A stretch of 56,813 nucleotides of DNA from contig CAYZAW010000001.1 of NCBI GenBank assembly GCA_964476505.1, positions 1 through 56,813 on the forward strand, written 5' to 3'. The position numbers and the translations under genes are program-made. This document shows, piece after piece, positions 25,159-34,750 of this stretch (positions are counted from its first letter, which is position 1; every line of letters starts with the position of its first letter). The stretch comes from an uncultured Oscillospiraceae bacterium. Its GTDB lineage: Bacteria > Bacillota > Clostridia > Christensenellales > CAG-138. The notes under the pieces were generated by a model, which did no database searches, was not told the origin of the DNA, and saw only the letters and a list, made by a program, of their open reading frames with translations.

Positions 25159-26313
25159 ATGAAGAAACTGTTAGTTTTCGTACTGACTGCGGTCATGCTG
25201 GTAAGCATGGTTGCCTGCGCGGCGCCCGCAGCGCCCGCCGCACCGGCGGCGGAACCCGCAGCTCCTGCTGCAGAACCCGCGGCTCCCGCAGCTCCCGCTG
25301 CCGAGCCTGCAGCCGAGGCCATTTACATTCCGGTCATCTCCAAGGGCTTCCAGCATAAGTTCTGGCAGACCGTTATGGCCGGCTCTCAGGATGCCGCCGC
25401 GAAGTACGGTGTAGAGATCACCTTCGACGGCCCTCCCTCCGAGTCCGACATCAGCGTGCAGGTTGATATGCTGAACGCCGCGCTCGCCAAGAACCCCAAG
25501 GCGCTGTGCTTGGCAGCTCTGGATACCGAGTCCGTCAACGAGCAGCTGCAGGCCTGCCTGAAGAACGGCATCCCCGTAATCGGCTTTGACTCCGGCGTTC
25601 CCAATGCGCCTGCCGGTTCCATCGTATCCACCGCTTCCACCGATAACGAAGCTGCCGGCGCACTTGCTGCCGACGAAATGTTCAAGATCGAAAGCATCGC
25701 CTCCGCCGTTGCCGCTGCAACCAAGGATGCGCCTGTTGTGATCAGCGTTATCAGCCAGGATGCTACCTCCGCCTCCATCACCGGCCGTACCACCGGCTTC
25801 GTTAACGAAATGTTTAAGCTCTGCGACGCGAAGCAGTCCGGCATGGTTGCTGTGACCGGCCATGACAAGTGGAACAAGGCCGCCTCCGGCGACGTTGCGG
25901 TTGAGATCTTGGTCTCCATCGCCGCTACCACCAGCGTGACCGACTGCCAGGCGGCTGCACAGGCTGTGATCCAGCGTGCACCCGTTGGCGTGTTCTGCAC
26001 CAACTCCGGTTCTGTGGACGGCATGCTGGCCGCCACCGCCGACGGTTCCGATCTGGATCGTGCCAACGGCCGTTATAAGGACATGGTCGTGGTCGGCTTC
26101 GACTCCGGCGCAACCCTGCTCAACGCCATCCGCAACAAGTGGTTCTACGGCGCTGTTACCCAGGATCCCTACATGATCGGCTTCTATGCCGTCGAGCTGG
26201 CTGTGAAATCCCTCAACGGCGAAAAGGTCGATGAGATCGTTGACACCGGCTGCCAGTTCTACACCAGCGAGAACATGGAAGAACCCAGCATCGCGCAGCT
26301 TCTGTACGACTAA
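25159..26313 (+). CDS. CUT2 sugar-binding lipoprotein (RbsB-like, PBP type I) with an Ala/Pro-rich tether
   Basis: ATG 25159 lies behind GGAGG. Signal peptide and lipobox MVAC (Cys codon 25216-25218). A 34-aa A/P/E linker precedes the PBP1 core (IPVISKGFQHKFWQ...). Confidence 0.9.
   Translation: MKKLLVFVLTAVMLVSMVACAAPAAPAAPAAEPAAPAAEPAAPAAPAAEPAAEAIYIPVISKGFQHKFWQTVMAGSQDAAAKYGVEITFDGPPSESDISVQVDMLNAALAKNPKALCLAALDTESVNEQLQACLKNGIPVIGFDSGVPNAPAGSIVSTASTDNEAAGALAADEMFKIESIASAVAAATKDAPVVISVISQDATSASITGRTTGFVNEMFKLCDAKQSGMVAVTGHDKWNKAASGDVAVEILVSIAATTSVTDCQAAAQAVIQRAPVGVFCTNSGSVDGMLAATADGSDLDRANGRYKDMVVVGFDSGATLLNAIRNKWFYGAVTQDPYMIGFYAVELAVKSLNGEKVDEIVDTGCQFYTSENMEEPSIAQLLYD
25219..25320 (+). 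repeat. Imperfect in-frame tandem repeat encoding (AAPAAEP)n-like linker
   Basis: AAPAAPAAPAAEPAAPAAEPAAPAAPAAEPAAEA. Repeated GCN-CCN-GAA units are visible in the DNA. Confidence 0.6.
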
Positions 26314-26337
26314 GAAAAACATAACCCTATAGCATTG

Positions 26338-26366
26338 GCGGGGCAGCCGACAATCGGCTGCCCCGC
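26338..26366 (+). other. 13-bp GC-rich stem-loop after the binding-protein gene, with no U-tract
   Basis: GCGGGGCAGCCGA-CAA-TCGGCTGCCCCGC. Confidence 0.6.
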
Positions 26367-26456
26367 AGAATAAAATCGCGGCAATACACGTTATACCCAA
26401 TAACATTGAAAGCTGAACCCCTAGGGGTTTGCCATAGATACACGGAGGTAATGACC

Positions 26457-26903
26457 ATGCTTTTGAACGTACCCAAACTGATGTCGCCACAGCTCTTGGA
26501 GGTGCTTTGCGAGATGGGCCACAGCGATGTGATCGTGCTGGGGGATGCAAACTTTCCCGGCAAGCGTTTTGCACAGGAAAGCGGCTGCAAATTCCTGCGG
26601 GCAGACGGCATTCCCGGCCCCGCGCTCTTAGAGGCGGTGCTCAGTATGATCCCGCTGGACAGCTATGTGGAAGCTCCCGTGCAGCTGATGCAGAAAATGG
26701 ATTGCGACCGGGATATGGAAATTCCCATATGGGAGGAATACAAGGCGGTCGTTGCTCGGCATGACCCGCGCGGCGAAAAGGCCGTGGGCTTTACGGAGCG
26801 CTTCGCGTTCTATGAGGCAGCAAAAAAGGCATATTGCATCGTGCAAACAGGCGAAGAAGCCGTTTATGCCAATGTGATGATACAAAAGGGAGTAGTAAAG
26901 TGA
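26457..26903 (+). CDS. fucU: RbsD/FucU-family mutarotase (L-fucose mutarotase-like)
   Basis: MLLNVPKLMSPQLLEVLCEMGHSDVIVLGDANFP aligns with the E. coli FucU N-terminus (ML..[21 protein letters not shown]...DAHFP). GGAGG lies 9 nt upstream. Confidence 0.85.
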   Translation: MLLNVPKLMSPQLLEVLCEMGHSDVIVLGDANFPGKRFAQESGCKFLRADGIPGPALLEAVLSMIPLDSYVEAPVQLMQKMDCDRDMEIPIWEEYKAVVARHDPRGEKAVGFTERFAFYEAAKKAYCIVQTGEEAVYANVMIQKGVVK

Positions 26904-28432
26904 CGAACCAGACTTTGCTGTTGGGTATCGATATCGGCACCAGCGCCTGTAAGGCGGTGCTGTTTCGGCTGGACGGCTCCGCAGCGGCGTACCGGACGGA
27001 GCCCTATCCCATTTCGTACCCGAACCCCGGCTACGTGGAGCAGGACCCGGAGAACTGGTGGGATGCCGTTTGCCGGGCTGTTCGCGGTATGCTGGAGCAG
27101 GAAAACATCGATCCCAAAACGATCGCCGGCGTGGGGGTAGACGGGCAGGGCTGGTCTGCCATCATGATGGATAAAACAGGCCGGGTATTGACCGGCGACC
27201 CTATCTGGCTGGACGCGCGCTCCGAGGCTGTTTGTAAGGAATTGGAGCAAAGGATCGGCGAGGACGCGATATTCGCTCTTTCCGGCAATCCGCTAAAAGC
27301 GCAGTATACCACCGGCAAGCTGCTTTGGTTCAAAAAGCACATGCCGGAGGTCTACGAAAGCTGCGATAAAGTGATGCAGTCCAACGGCTACATCGTGTAT
27401 AAGCTTACCGGCGTTTGCGGTATGGATATCAGCCAAGGCTACGGATTGCACTGCTTTGACATGCGAAAGGGCCGGTACGACGATGCTATGTGCGCCCAAA
27501 TGGGCTTACAAAGAGATATGCTGCCGGAGCTTAGCGGCTGCCATGAGGTGGTTGGCCGCGTAAGCGAAACTGCCGCGGCGCAGACGGGGCTTTGCGCCGG
27601 AACGCCGGTGGTGGCGGGTGGGCTGGATGCAGCCTGTGCAACGCTTGGCGCGGGCGTGCTGCATCCCGGCGAAACGCAGGAGCAGGGCGGGCAGGCAGGC
27701 GGCATGAGCGTTTGCATGGACACCTACTGCGCAGAAAAAAGCCTGATATTAGGCTATCACGTTGTACCTGACTGCTGGCTGCTGCAAGGCGGCACCACCG
27801 GCGGCGGCGGCGCGATGCGCTGGTTCGAGCAGGAGCTTGGAGCGGCGGAGCGCGAACAGGCGGCAAAGCTTGGCTGCAACTCCTTCGAATGCCTCAGCGC
27901 CTTGGCGGAGAGCGTGGCAGCAGGCAGCGACGGTGTGGTATTTTTGCCGTACATGGCGGGGGAACGCTCCCCCATTTGGGACAGCCGTGCCAAGGGCGTG
28001 TATTACGGCTTGGATTACGGAAAAAAGCGCGCCCATATGGTACGGGCGCTGATGGAAGGCGTGGCATACGCGCTGTTGCATAACATCGAAACGGCGGAGG
28101 CTGTGGGCGCACCGGTAGGCACGCTTCGCGCCGTGGGCGGCTCGGCAAATTCCCGCATTTGGACGCAGATCAAGGCAGACGTTACGGGCAAGCCCATCGA
28201 GGTGCCCCAGTCCGACATGGCGACCACCTTGGGCGCGGCAATATTGGCAGGCGTTGGCGTTGGCGCGTACCGCGACTTTGACGAGGCGGTACAGCGCACC
28301 GTGCGCGTTACAAGAACGTTTTTACCCGGCGACAGAGACCGGGAGGCTTACCAAAACGGGTACGAGACCTATCGCGCCCTGTATGATAATCTGCGCGAGC
28401 TGATGGCGTTAAATGGGAGGCATGTATCATGA
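26900..28432 (+). CDS. FGGY-family carbohydrate kinase (xylulokinase-like)
   Basis: GTG 26900 overlaps the fucU stop (GTGA). LLLGIDIGTSACKAVLF, YVEQDPENWW, GGGAMRWF, VGGSANSRIWTQIKADV. Confidence 0.85.
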   Translation: MTNQTLLLGIDIGTSACKAVLFRLDGSAAAYRTEPYPISYPNPGYVEQDPENWWDAVCRAVRGMLEQENIDPKTIAGVGVDGQGWSAIMMDKTGRVLTGDPIWLDARSEAVCKELEQRIGEDAIFALSGNPLKAQYTTGKLLWFKKHMPEVYESCDKVMQSNGYIVYKLTGVCGMDISQGYGLHCFDMRKGRYDDAMCAQMGLQRDMLPELSGCHEVVGRVSETAAAQTGLCAGTPVVAGGLDAACATLGAGVLHPGETQEQGGQAGGMSVCMDTYCAEKSLILGYHVVPDCWLLQGGTTGGGGAMRWFEQELGAAEREQAAKLGCNSFECLSALAESVAAGSDGVVFLPYMAGERSPIWDSRAKGVYYGLDYGKKRAHMVRALMEGVAYALLHNIETAEAVGAPVGTLRAVGGSANSRIWTQIKADVTGKPIEVPQSDMATTLGAAILAGVGVGAYRDFDEAVQRTVRVTRTFLPGDRDREAYQNGYETYRALYDNLRELMALNGRHVS

Positions 28433-29487
28433 AGGCGGCGGTACTGGTCGCAAACAGACAAATCGAGTATCAGGAGTATCCTTTAGCGCCTGTCCCCGAG
28501 GACGGCGTGCTGGTAAGGGTGGCGGCTTCGGGCATTTGCGGCTCGGATGTGCCAAGGTTTTTGCACAACGGCGTGCATTTTTACCCCATCGTGCTGGGGC
28601 ATGAGTTTTCCGGCGAGGTGGTAGAGGTCGGAAGCCGGGTACAGCGCGTAAAGGTGGGCGACCGGGTATCGGGCGCGCCGCTTCTGCCCTGCATGCAATG
28701 CGCCAACTGCCAGAAGGGCAATTACTCGCTTTGCGGGCATTACAGCTTTATCGGCTCCCGGCAGCAGGGCAGCAATGCAGACTATATCGTGATCCCGGAG
28801 AAAAACGCCGTGGTGTTCGACAGCGCCGTTTCCTTTGAGCAGGGCGCGATGTTCGAGCCCTCCACTGTGGCGCTGCACGGCGTTTTGCAATGCAACTACC
28901 GCGGCGGCGGCACGGTCGCCATCTTAGGCGGCGGCACCATCGGCATGTTTACCATGCAGTGGGCGCGGCTGCTTGGCGCAAAAAAGGTGGCGGTGTTCGA
29001 TATCAGCGAGGAACGGCTTTCGCTTGCCACGCGCTTGGGTGCGGACGCTGTGATCAACACCATGCAGGAGGGATACCAAGAGCAAGCCATGGAGTTTTCC
29101 AAGGGCGGCTTTGACTATGTGTTCGAAACGGCGGGAACAGTGCCCACCATCAAAATGGCTTATGCCTTGGCGGGCAACAAGGCGCACCTTTGCTTTATCG
29201 GCACACCCCACACGGAGCTTACGTTCACGCCCAAGGAGTGGGAGAACCTGAACCGGAAGGAATTTTACATGACGGGCTCTTGGATGAGCTACAGCGCTCC
29301 CTTCCCGGGCAGGGAATGGACGATGACGGCAGAGTACTATCAAAACGGCAGGCTGCTGTTCGACGAGGGCTTTATCGGCGCGAGATACCCCATGGAACGG
29401 GCGCAGGAGGCGTTTATGCTGTATGACACGCCGGGTGCCGCCAGCGGGAAGATATTATTGATGAACGAGCCCTACTATCAGCACTGA
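28429..29487 (+). CDS. GatD-like Zn-dependent dehydrogenase (galactitol-1-phosphate 5-dehydrogenase family)
   Basis: GICGSDVPRFLHNGVHFYPIVLGHEFSG and PLLPCMQCANCQKGNYSLCGHYSFIGSRQQG track E. coli GatD blocks closely. ATGA overlap with the kinase stop. Confidence 0.85.
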   Translation: MKAAVLVANRQIEYQEYPLAPVPEDGVLVRVAASGICGSDVPRFLHNGVHFYPIVLGHEFSGEVVEVGSRVQRVKVGDRVSGAPLLPCMQCANCQKGNYSLCGHYSFIGSRQQGSNADYIVIPEKNAVVFDSAVSFEQGAMFEPSTVALHGVLQCNYRGGGTVAILGGGTIGMFTMQWARLLGAKKVAVFDISEERLSLATRLGADAVINTMQEGYQEQAMEFSKGGFDYVFETAGTVPTIKMAYALAGNKAHLCFIGTPHTELTFTPKEWENLNRKEFYMTGSWMSYSAPFPGREWTMTAEYYQNGRLLFDEGFIGARYPMERAQEAFMLYDTPGAASGKILLMNEPYYQH

Positions 29488-29531
29488 GCATTGACGCGCA
29501 TGGCGCGGCGAAAATATAAGGAGGTAAGAAT

Positions 29532-30542
29532 ATGGAACGCATCAATGCCAATTCGATTCCCCAAAGAAAGCTTTTTGACGGGAATACCATGCCCGCTATC
29601 GGCATGGGTACATTTGGCTCCGACCGCTTTAACGCAGAACAGGTTAGCAGCGCGGTGGCGGGGGCCATCGAGGCGGGCTACCGCCTGTTTGACTGCGCGG
29701 CAGTATACGGCAACGAGGACTTGATAGGCAACGTATTTCAGGCCGCGATTGAAAAAGGCACCGTAAAGCGCGAGGAACTGTTTATTACCAGCAAGGTCTG
29801 GAACGATATGCACGGGCAGGGAGACGTTCTTCTGTCTTGCGCCAAGAGCCTGAAAGACCTGAAGCTTGACTACATCGACCTGTTTTTTATCCACTGGCCG
29901 TTTTCCAACTACCATGCACCGGGATGCGACGGCGACGCGCGCAATCCGGACAGCACGCCCTTCTCCGTGGATGCCTTTATGGCAACATGGCGGCAGTGCG
30001 AGCGCTTGGTAGACATGGGGCTGGTGAAGTACATCGGCATGTCCAGCATGACGATCCCCAAGCTGGAGGCTGTGCTGCCGCTGTGCCGCATCAAGCCCGC
30101 TGCCATCGAAATGGAGCTGCATCCCAGCTTCCAGCAGCCGGAGCTGTTCAATTATATCCTAGAGCACGGCATACAGCCCATCGCGTTTTGCCCCATCGGT
30201 TCCCCCACGCGTCCGGATCGCGACAAGACCCCGGACGACGTTGCGGACATCCAGATGCCCGAGGTAGTGGAGATCGCCCGTGCGCATAACGTGCACCCTG
30301 CAATCATCTGCCTGAAATGGGCGGTGCAGCGCGGGCAAACGCCTATTCCGTTCTCTATCCATGAGAACGAGTATGTAAGCAACCTCAAGTGCGTAACGGA
30401 AGACCCCTTAACGGACGCGGAGATGGCAAAGCTCAAGGCTGCTGACCGCGACTGCCGGCTTATCAAGGGGCAGGTGTTCCTGTGGCCGGGCGCTAAGGAT
30501 TGGCACGACCTTTGGGACGAGGACGGTACCATTACCAAATAG
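29532..30542 (+). CDS. Aldo/keto reductase
   Basis: MPAIGMGTF, FDCAAVYGNE, SKVWN, YIDLFFIHWP, IAFCPIGSP. AAGGAGG RBS. Confidence 0.9.
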   Translation: MERINANSIPQRKLFDGNTMPAIGMGTFGSDRFNAEQVSSAVAGAIEAGYRLFDCAAVYGNEDLIGNVFQAAIEKGTVKREELFITSKVWNDMHGQGDVLLSCAKSLKDLKLDYIDLFFIHWPFSNYHAPGCDGDARNPDSTPFSVDAFMATWRQCERLVDMGLVKYIGMSSMTIPKLEAVLPLCRIKPAAIEMELHPSFQQPELFNYILEHGIQPIAFCPIGSPTRPDRDKTPDDVADIQMPEVVEIARAHNVHPAIICLKWAVQRGQTPIPFSIHENEYVSNLKCVTEDPLTDAEMAKLKAADRDCRLIKGQVFLWPGAKDWHDLWDEDGTITK

Positions 30543-30550
30543 GAGCGGGC

Positions 30551-31825
30551 ATGAAAAGCAGCAGCTATTTTCAAGAACTGATCGCGGCGCAAAAGGCAGG
30601 AAAGGCCGAGGGAATCTGCTCGGTTTGCAGTGCCAACGCGTATGTGATCGAGGCGGCCATGGAATACGGCCGGGAAAAGCATCTGCCGGTGCTGGTGGAG
30701 GCCACCGCAAATCAGGTGAACCAGTACGGCGGATACACGGGCATGACTCCCGCGGACTTTATGCGCTATGTAAAGAACATAGCGCATAAGGCCGGGTTCG
30801 ACACGGACATGCTGATACTGGGCGGCGACCATTTGGGGCCGCTGGTGTGGAGCAACGAGGATGAAGCGGACGCTATGGAAAAGGCGCGAGAGCTGGTAAC
30901 GGCATTTGTTCGCGCCGGGTTTACCAAGATTCATCTGGATACCAGCATGCGCGTAAACAGCGATTCCAAAACGGAGCGCCTGTCGGACGCGGTGATCGCC
31001 CGGCGCGCCGCCAGCCTGTGCGAGGCGGCGGAGCAAGCCGCGGGCAGCGGGGAGAAACCGGTGTATGTGATCGGCAGCGAGGTGCCTATTCCCGGCGGCG
31101 CAACGGAAAACGAGGACAGCTTAACGGTCACCTCGCCAAAAGACCTTGCCGCCACCGTGGAGACCTTTCGGCAGGCATTTTCTAAGGCCGGCCTAGAGGA
31201 TGCGTTTTCCCGAGTGGTAGCCGTGGTGGTGCAGCCGGGGGTGGAGTTTGCGGATAACACCATCATCTGCTACAACGCCACAAAGGCAAGGGCGCTGACG
31301 GACTTTGCAAAAACGCTGCCCATCGTGTTGGAGGGGCATTCCACGGATTATCAGCCCAGAACCGCGCTTGCCGCCATGCGGCAGGACGGCATTGCCATAT
31401 TAAAGGTAGGCCCGGCGCTGACGTTTGCGCTTAGGGAAGCCCTGTTTGCCTTGGAAAGCATGGAGAAGGATCTGTATCGCTTCTCGCCGCAGGGCGGGTA
31501 TTCCCGCTTTGCCGATGTGCTGGAGCAAAAGCTGATGCAGGAGCCCAAATACTGGGCCAGATACTATCACGGCACCGAGGGCGATCTGGCATTTGCCAGA
31601 CGGTACAGCCTGTCGGACAGATGCCGGTACTATTTGGAGGACGCGGAGATCAAGGCGTCGATTCGCCGGTTGGTGGATAACATCAACGCCAAGCCGCTGC
31701 CCTTTGGGCTGATCAGCCAGTATTTTCCGGGGCAAAAGGAAGCGCTGTTGCAGGATAACGGTACTGCCAGCGCCGAAACGCTCATCAAGGAGCGCATCAA
31801 AGAAGTGATAGACACCTACTATTGA
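30551..31825 (+). CDS. GatZ/KbaZ/AgaZ-family protein (class II tagatose-bisphosphate aldolase accessory subunit / tagatose-6-P 4-epimerase family)
   Basis: ICSVCSANAYVIEAAMEYGREKHLPVLVEATANQVNQYGGYTGMTPADF is the family hallmark N-terminus. About 425 aa. Confidence 0.85.
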   Translation: MKSSSYFQELIAAQKAGKAEGICSVCSANAYVIEAAMEYGREKHLPVLVEATANQVNQYGGYTGMTPADFMRYVKNIAHKAGFDTDMLILGGDHLGPLVWSNEDEADAMEKARELVTAFVRAGFTKIHLDTSMRVNSDSKTERLSDAVIARRAASLCEAAEQAAGSGEKPVYVIGSEVPIPGGATENEDSLTVTSPKDLAATVETFRQAFSKAGLEDAFSRVVAVVVQPGVEFADNTIICYNATKARALTDFAKTLPIVLEGHSTDYQPRTALAAMRQDGIAILKVGPALTFALREALFALESMEKDLYRFSPQGGYSRFADVLEQKLMQEPKYWARYYHGTEGDLAFARRYSLSDRCRYYLEDAEIKASIRRLVDNINAKPLPFGLISQYFPGQKEALLQDNGTASAETLIKERIKEVIDTYY

Positions 31826-31866
31826 GCAGCACGTTGGTCGAGGCAATTCGAAGGATTTTCCGCCAA

Positions 31867-32811
31867 ATGGTTGATACGATTTGCCGGGCGGTAAAAAAGA
31901 TACCTGCCTGCGGGATATTGCTGCCCCTTCTGATGGGGGCGCTCATCAAAACGCTTGCGCCGGGGCTGCTGGAATTGGGGGCCTTTACAACGGCCTTGTT
32001 TTCCAACAGCGCCGCCGCAACGCTGATCGGCTTACAGCTGTTTTGCTTGGGCGCACAGCTGGAACCTAAGGCGCTTGGCGGTACCCTTCGGCACGGCGGA
32101 CTGCTGCTGCTTGTAAAGCTGCTTGCGGGCTTTCTCATGGCGGGGATATTCTTACTGCTTGCGCCCGTGAATACCGTAGGCGGCGTTTGCGTTTTGTCCG
32201 CCGTGGCGGCGGTTTCCAACAGCAACGGAAGCCTGTATCTTTCGCTTTCCACGCTGCACGGCAGAAAAACGGATATGGCCTGCACGCCCGTGCTGGCGCT
32301 GTCCAACGGCCCGTTTTTTACCTTGCTGATACTGGGGCTTTCGGGGTTTTCCGCATTTCCGGGAAAGCTGCTGATAGCGACCGTGCTGCCCATGCTGTTA
32401 GGCATGGCGGCGGCGGGGGTATATAAACCCGTAGCGCAAAAGCTCCAGCCGATGATCGCATTGCTGTTACCCTTTATCGGCTTCGCGCTAGGGGCGGGCA
32501 TGGATCTGTCCTGCCTGTGGCAGGGGGGCGTTTCCGGCTTGTTATTAGCGCTTGCGGTCATTATACTTGCATGTATAGAGGCGCTTTTCTTAAAGGGCAC
32601 AACCAAGAACAACGATGGCGTTTGTGCGCTGATGGCGGGAGCCACGGGCGCGAATGCGGTGGCGATACCCGCCGCGGTAGCCATGATAGACCCGGCATGG
32701 CAGGCATATGCGTCTGCCGCTGCGGCGCAGCTGGTAAGCTGTGCGCTGATCAGCGCACTGTGCATCCCCATCATCACACAGGTATGGCAAAAGCGCGTGT
32801 GTAAACAATAG
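31867..32811 (+). CDS. KdgT-family (2-keto-3-deoxygluconate-type) permease
   Basis: ICRAVKKIPACGILLPLLMGALIKTLAPG aligns with the KdgT start [24 protein letters not shown].PG. The start is uncertain: ATG 31867 or TTG 31822 overlapping the upstream stop. Confidence 0.75.
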   Translation: MVDTICRAVKKIPACGILLPLLMGALIKTLAPGLLELGAFTTALFSNSAAATLIGLQLFCLGAQLEPKALGGTLRHGGLLLLVKLLAGFLMAGIFLLLAPVNTVGGVCVLSAVAAVSNSNGSLYLSLSTLHGRKTDMACTPVLALSNGPFFTLLILGLSGFSAFPGKLLIATVLPMLLGMAAAGVYKPVAQKLQPMIALLLPFIGFALGAGMDLSCLWQGGVSGLLLALAVIILACIEALFLKGTTKNNDGVCALMAGATGANAVAIPAAVAMIDPAWQAYASAAAAQLVSCALISALCIPIITQVWQKRVCKQ

Positions 32812-32903
32812 CATAGTAACGTCGGCGCAAACAACAATTCGGCTAAAACACGCAGGGGGTCTGCGTGCTTCTATAACAATCTACGATATTCAGGAGGTAG
32901 CAT

Positions 32904-34691
32904 ATGAACAGAACACAAATCGCGCTTCCCAAGATCGGCATTCGCCCCTGCATCGACGGGCGCAGAAACGGCGTGCGGGAATCTCTGGAGGAGCAGACCA
33001 TGGGCATGGCGCTGGCGGCGGCAAAGCTGATCACCGGCAGCCTGCGGTATCCCAACGGCGAGCCGGTACAGGTGGTCATTGCGGATACCACCATAGGCGG
33101 TGTGGCGGAGGCAGCGCGCTGCCAAGCAAAATTCGAGCGCGAGGGCGTGCAGGTAACGCTAACGGTATCCCCCTGCTGGTGCTATTCCACCGAGGTCATG
33201 GACTTTGATCCGCTGACCATCAAGGCCGTTTGGGGCTTTAACGGCACGGAGCGCCCGGGTGCGGTGTTCTTGGCGGCGGTATTGGCCGCGCATTCGCAAA
33301 AGGGCTTGCCCGCATTCAGCATTTACGGGCACGATGTGAAGGACGCAACAGACACGGAAATTCCGGAGGATGTTGCAGAAAAGATACTGCTGTTTGCAAA
33401 ATCTGCCGTGGCAGCAAAATGCATGCGCCAAAACAGCTATTTGCAGATCGGTTCCATGTGCATGGGTATTGCGGGCAGCATTTTGGATCAGCAGATGCTG
33501 TACAATTATTTTGGCTTAAGAAGCGAGTCTGTGGACGAAACGGAGATACTTAGACGCATCGACAAGGGCATTTACGACCACGAGGAGTTTGAAAAGGCCT
33601 TGGCGTGGACAAAAGCTCATTGCAAGGAGGGCTTTGATAAAAACCCGGACAGCATCCGCTTTAACGCGGAGCAGAAGGAGGCTCAGTGGGCGTTTGTGGT
33701 CAAGAGCTTCCTGATCATTCGCGATTTGATGATCGGCAACCCCAAGCTCGCAGAAATGGGCTTTGTGGAGGAATCCAACGGGCATAACGCCATCGTAGGC
33801 GGCGTGCAGGGGCAGCGCCAGTGGACGGATTATCAGCCCAACTTCGACTTTGCCGAGGCTATGCTCAACAGCCAGTTCGACTGGAACGGTGTGCGCGAGG
33901 CGTTTGTACTGGGCACGGAAAACGACACCTGCAACGCGCTGACCATGCTCTTTGAGCATTTGGTATCCGACAGACCCGGTATCTTTGCGGACGTGCGCAC
34001 CTATTGGAGCCCGGCGGCAGTCGAGCGGGTCACGGGTAAAACGCTTACCGGCTACGCGAAAAACGGCGTTATCCACCTGATCAATTCGGGCGCGGCGTCT
34101 CTGGACGGCACCGGCGCGGTAGCCGATCAAAACGGCACGCCCACCATCAAGCCCTTCTACGATATGACGCAGGCGGATGCCGAGAAATGCCTTGCCGCTA
34201 CCGACTGGTGCGCGGCGGATCAGTTCTACTTCCGTGGGGGCGGCTTCTCCTCGCACTTTATTGGCGGCAGCAAGGGCGGCATGCCTGTGACCATGGCAAG
34301 AATGAACATCGTGCACGGCTTAGGGCCGGTGCTGCAGCTGGCGGAGGGCTATACCTGCGAGCTGGACCCCGAAGTACATCGTATTTTGGACAAACGCACA
34401 GACCCCACTTGGCCTACCACATGGTTTGCGCCGAACCTCACCGGCAAGGGCGCATTCAAAGACGTATACAGCGTGATGGCAAACTGGGGCGCGAACCACG
34501 GCGCGTTCTGCTACGGGCACATTGGCGTGCAGCTCATCACCCTTGCCAGCATGCTTCGCATCCCCGTATGCATGCATAACGTGCCGGAGGAGCAGGTATT
34601 CCGCCCCTCTGCGTGGAGCGCGTTTGGCACTACGGACGCGGAGGGTGCCGATTACCGTGCCTGCGCCGCGTTCGGCCCGCTGTATAAGTAA
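32904..34691 (+). CDS. fucI: L-fucose (D-arabinose) isomerase
   Basis: 595 aa. [22 protein letters not shown] start and overall length are typical of FucI. AGGAGG RBS. Confidence 0.9.
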   Translation: MNRTQIALPKIGIRPCIDGRRNGVRESLEEQTMGMALAAAKLITGSLRYPNGEPVQVVIADTTIGGVAEAARCQAKFEREGVQVTLTVSPCWCYSTEVMDFDPLTIKAVWGFNGTERPGAVFLAAVLAAHSQKGLPAFSIYGHDVKDATDTEIPEDVAEKILLFAKSAVAAKCMRQNSYLQIGSMCMGIAGSILDQQMLYNYFGLRSESVDETEILRRIDKGIYDHEEFEKALAWTKAHCKEGFDKNPDSIRFNAEQKEAQWAFVVKSFLIIRDLMIGNPKLAEMGFVEESNGHNAIVGGVQGQRQWTDYQPNFDFAEAMLNSQFDWNGVREAFVLGTENDTCNALTMLFEHLVSDRPGIFADVRTYWSPAAVERVTGKTLTGYAKNGVIHLINSGAASLDGTGAVADQNGTPTIKPFYDMTQADAEKCLAATDWCAADQFYFRGGGFSSHFIGGSKGGMPVTMARMNIVHGLGPVLQLAEGYTCELDPEVHRILDKRTDPTWPTTWFAPNLTGKGAFKDVYSVMANWGANHGAFCYGHIGVQLITLASMLRIPVCMHNVPEEQVFRPSAWSAFGTTDAEGADYRACAAFGPLYK

Positions 34692-34705
34692 ACGAATGGA
34701 ACGCG

Positions 34706-34730
34706 AAAAAGCAGCCATTGGCTGCTTTTT
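34706..34730. terminator. Bidirectional-type intrinsic terminator between fucI and the downstream kinase
   Basis: AAAAAGCAGCC-ATT-GGCTGCTTTTT. The kinase RBS AAAAGGAG starts 5 nt later. Confidence 0.6.
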
Positions 34731-34750
34731 CGGTAAAAGGAGCCTGCTAT

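Noticed and set aside
25219-25320. Possible CRISPR or other non-coding tandem array, suggested by repeated GC-rich units
   Set aside because: The repeats are in frame inside a lipoprotein gene and encode an Ala/Pro/Glu linker. There is no repeat-spacer architecture and no cas genes anywhere in the window.
26416-26429. Perfect 14-bp palindrome AACCCCTAGGGGTT upstream of fucU
   Set aside because: It is short, loop-less and seen only once, so it could arise by chance. I have no basis to call it an operator. It is mentioned only for completeness.
24480-26574. Long minus-strand ORFs (280 aa beginning MASAAGSAAGAAGAAG..., and 467 aa) opposite the permease and binding-protein genes
   Set aside because: They are the reverse complement of the Ala/Pro linker repeat and of GC-rich coding sequence. 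They are low-complexity with no start context, and the plus-strand genes are unambiguous.
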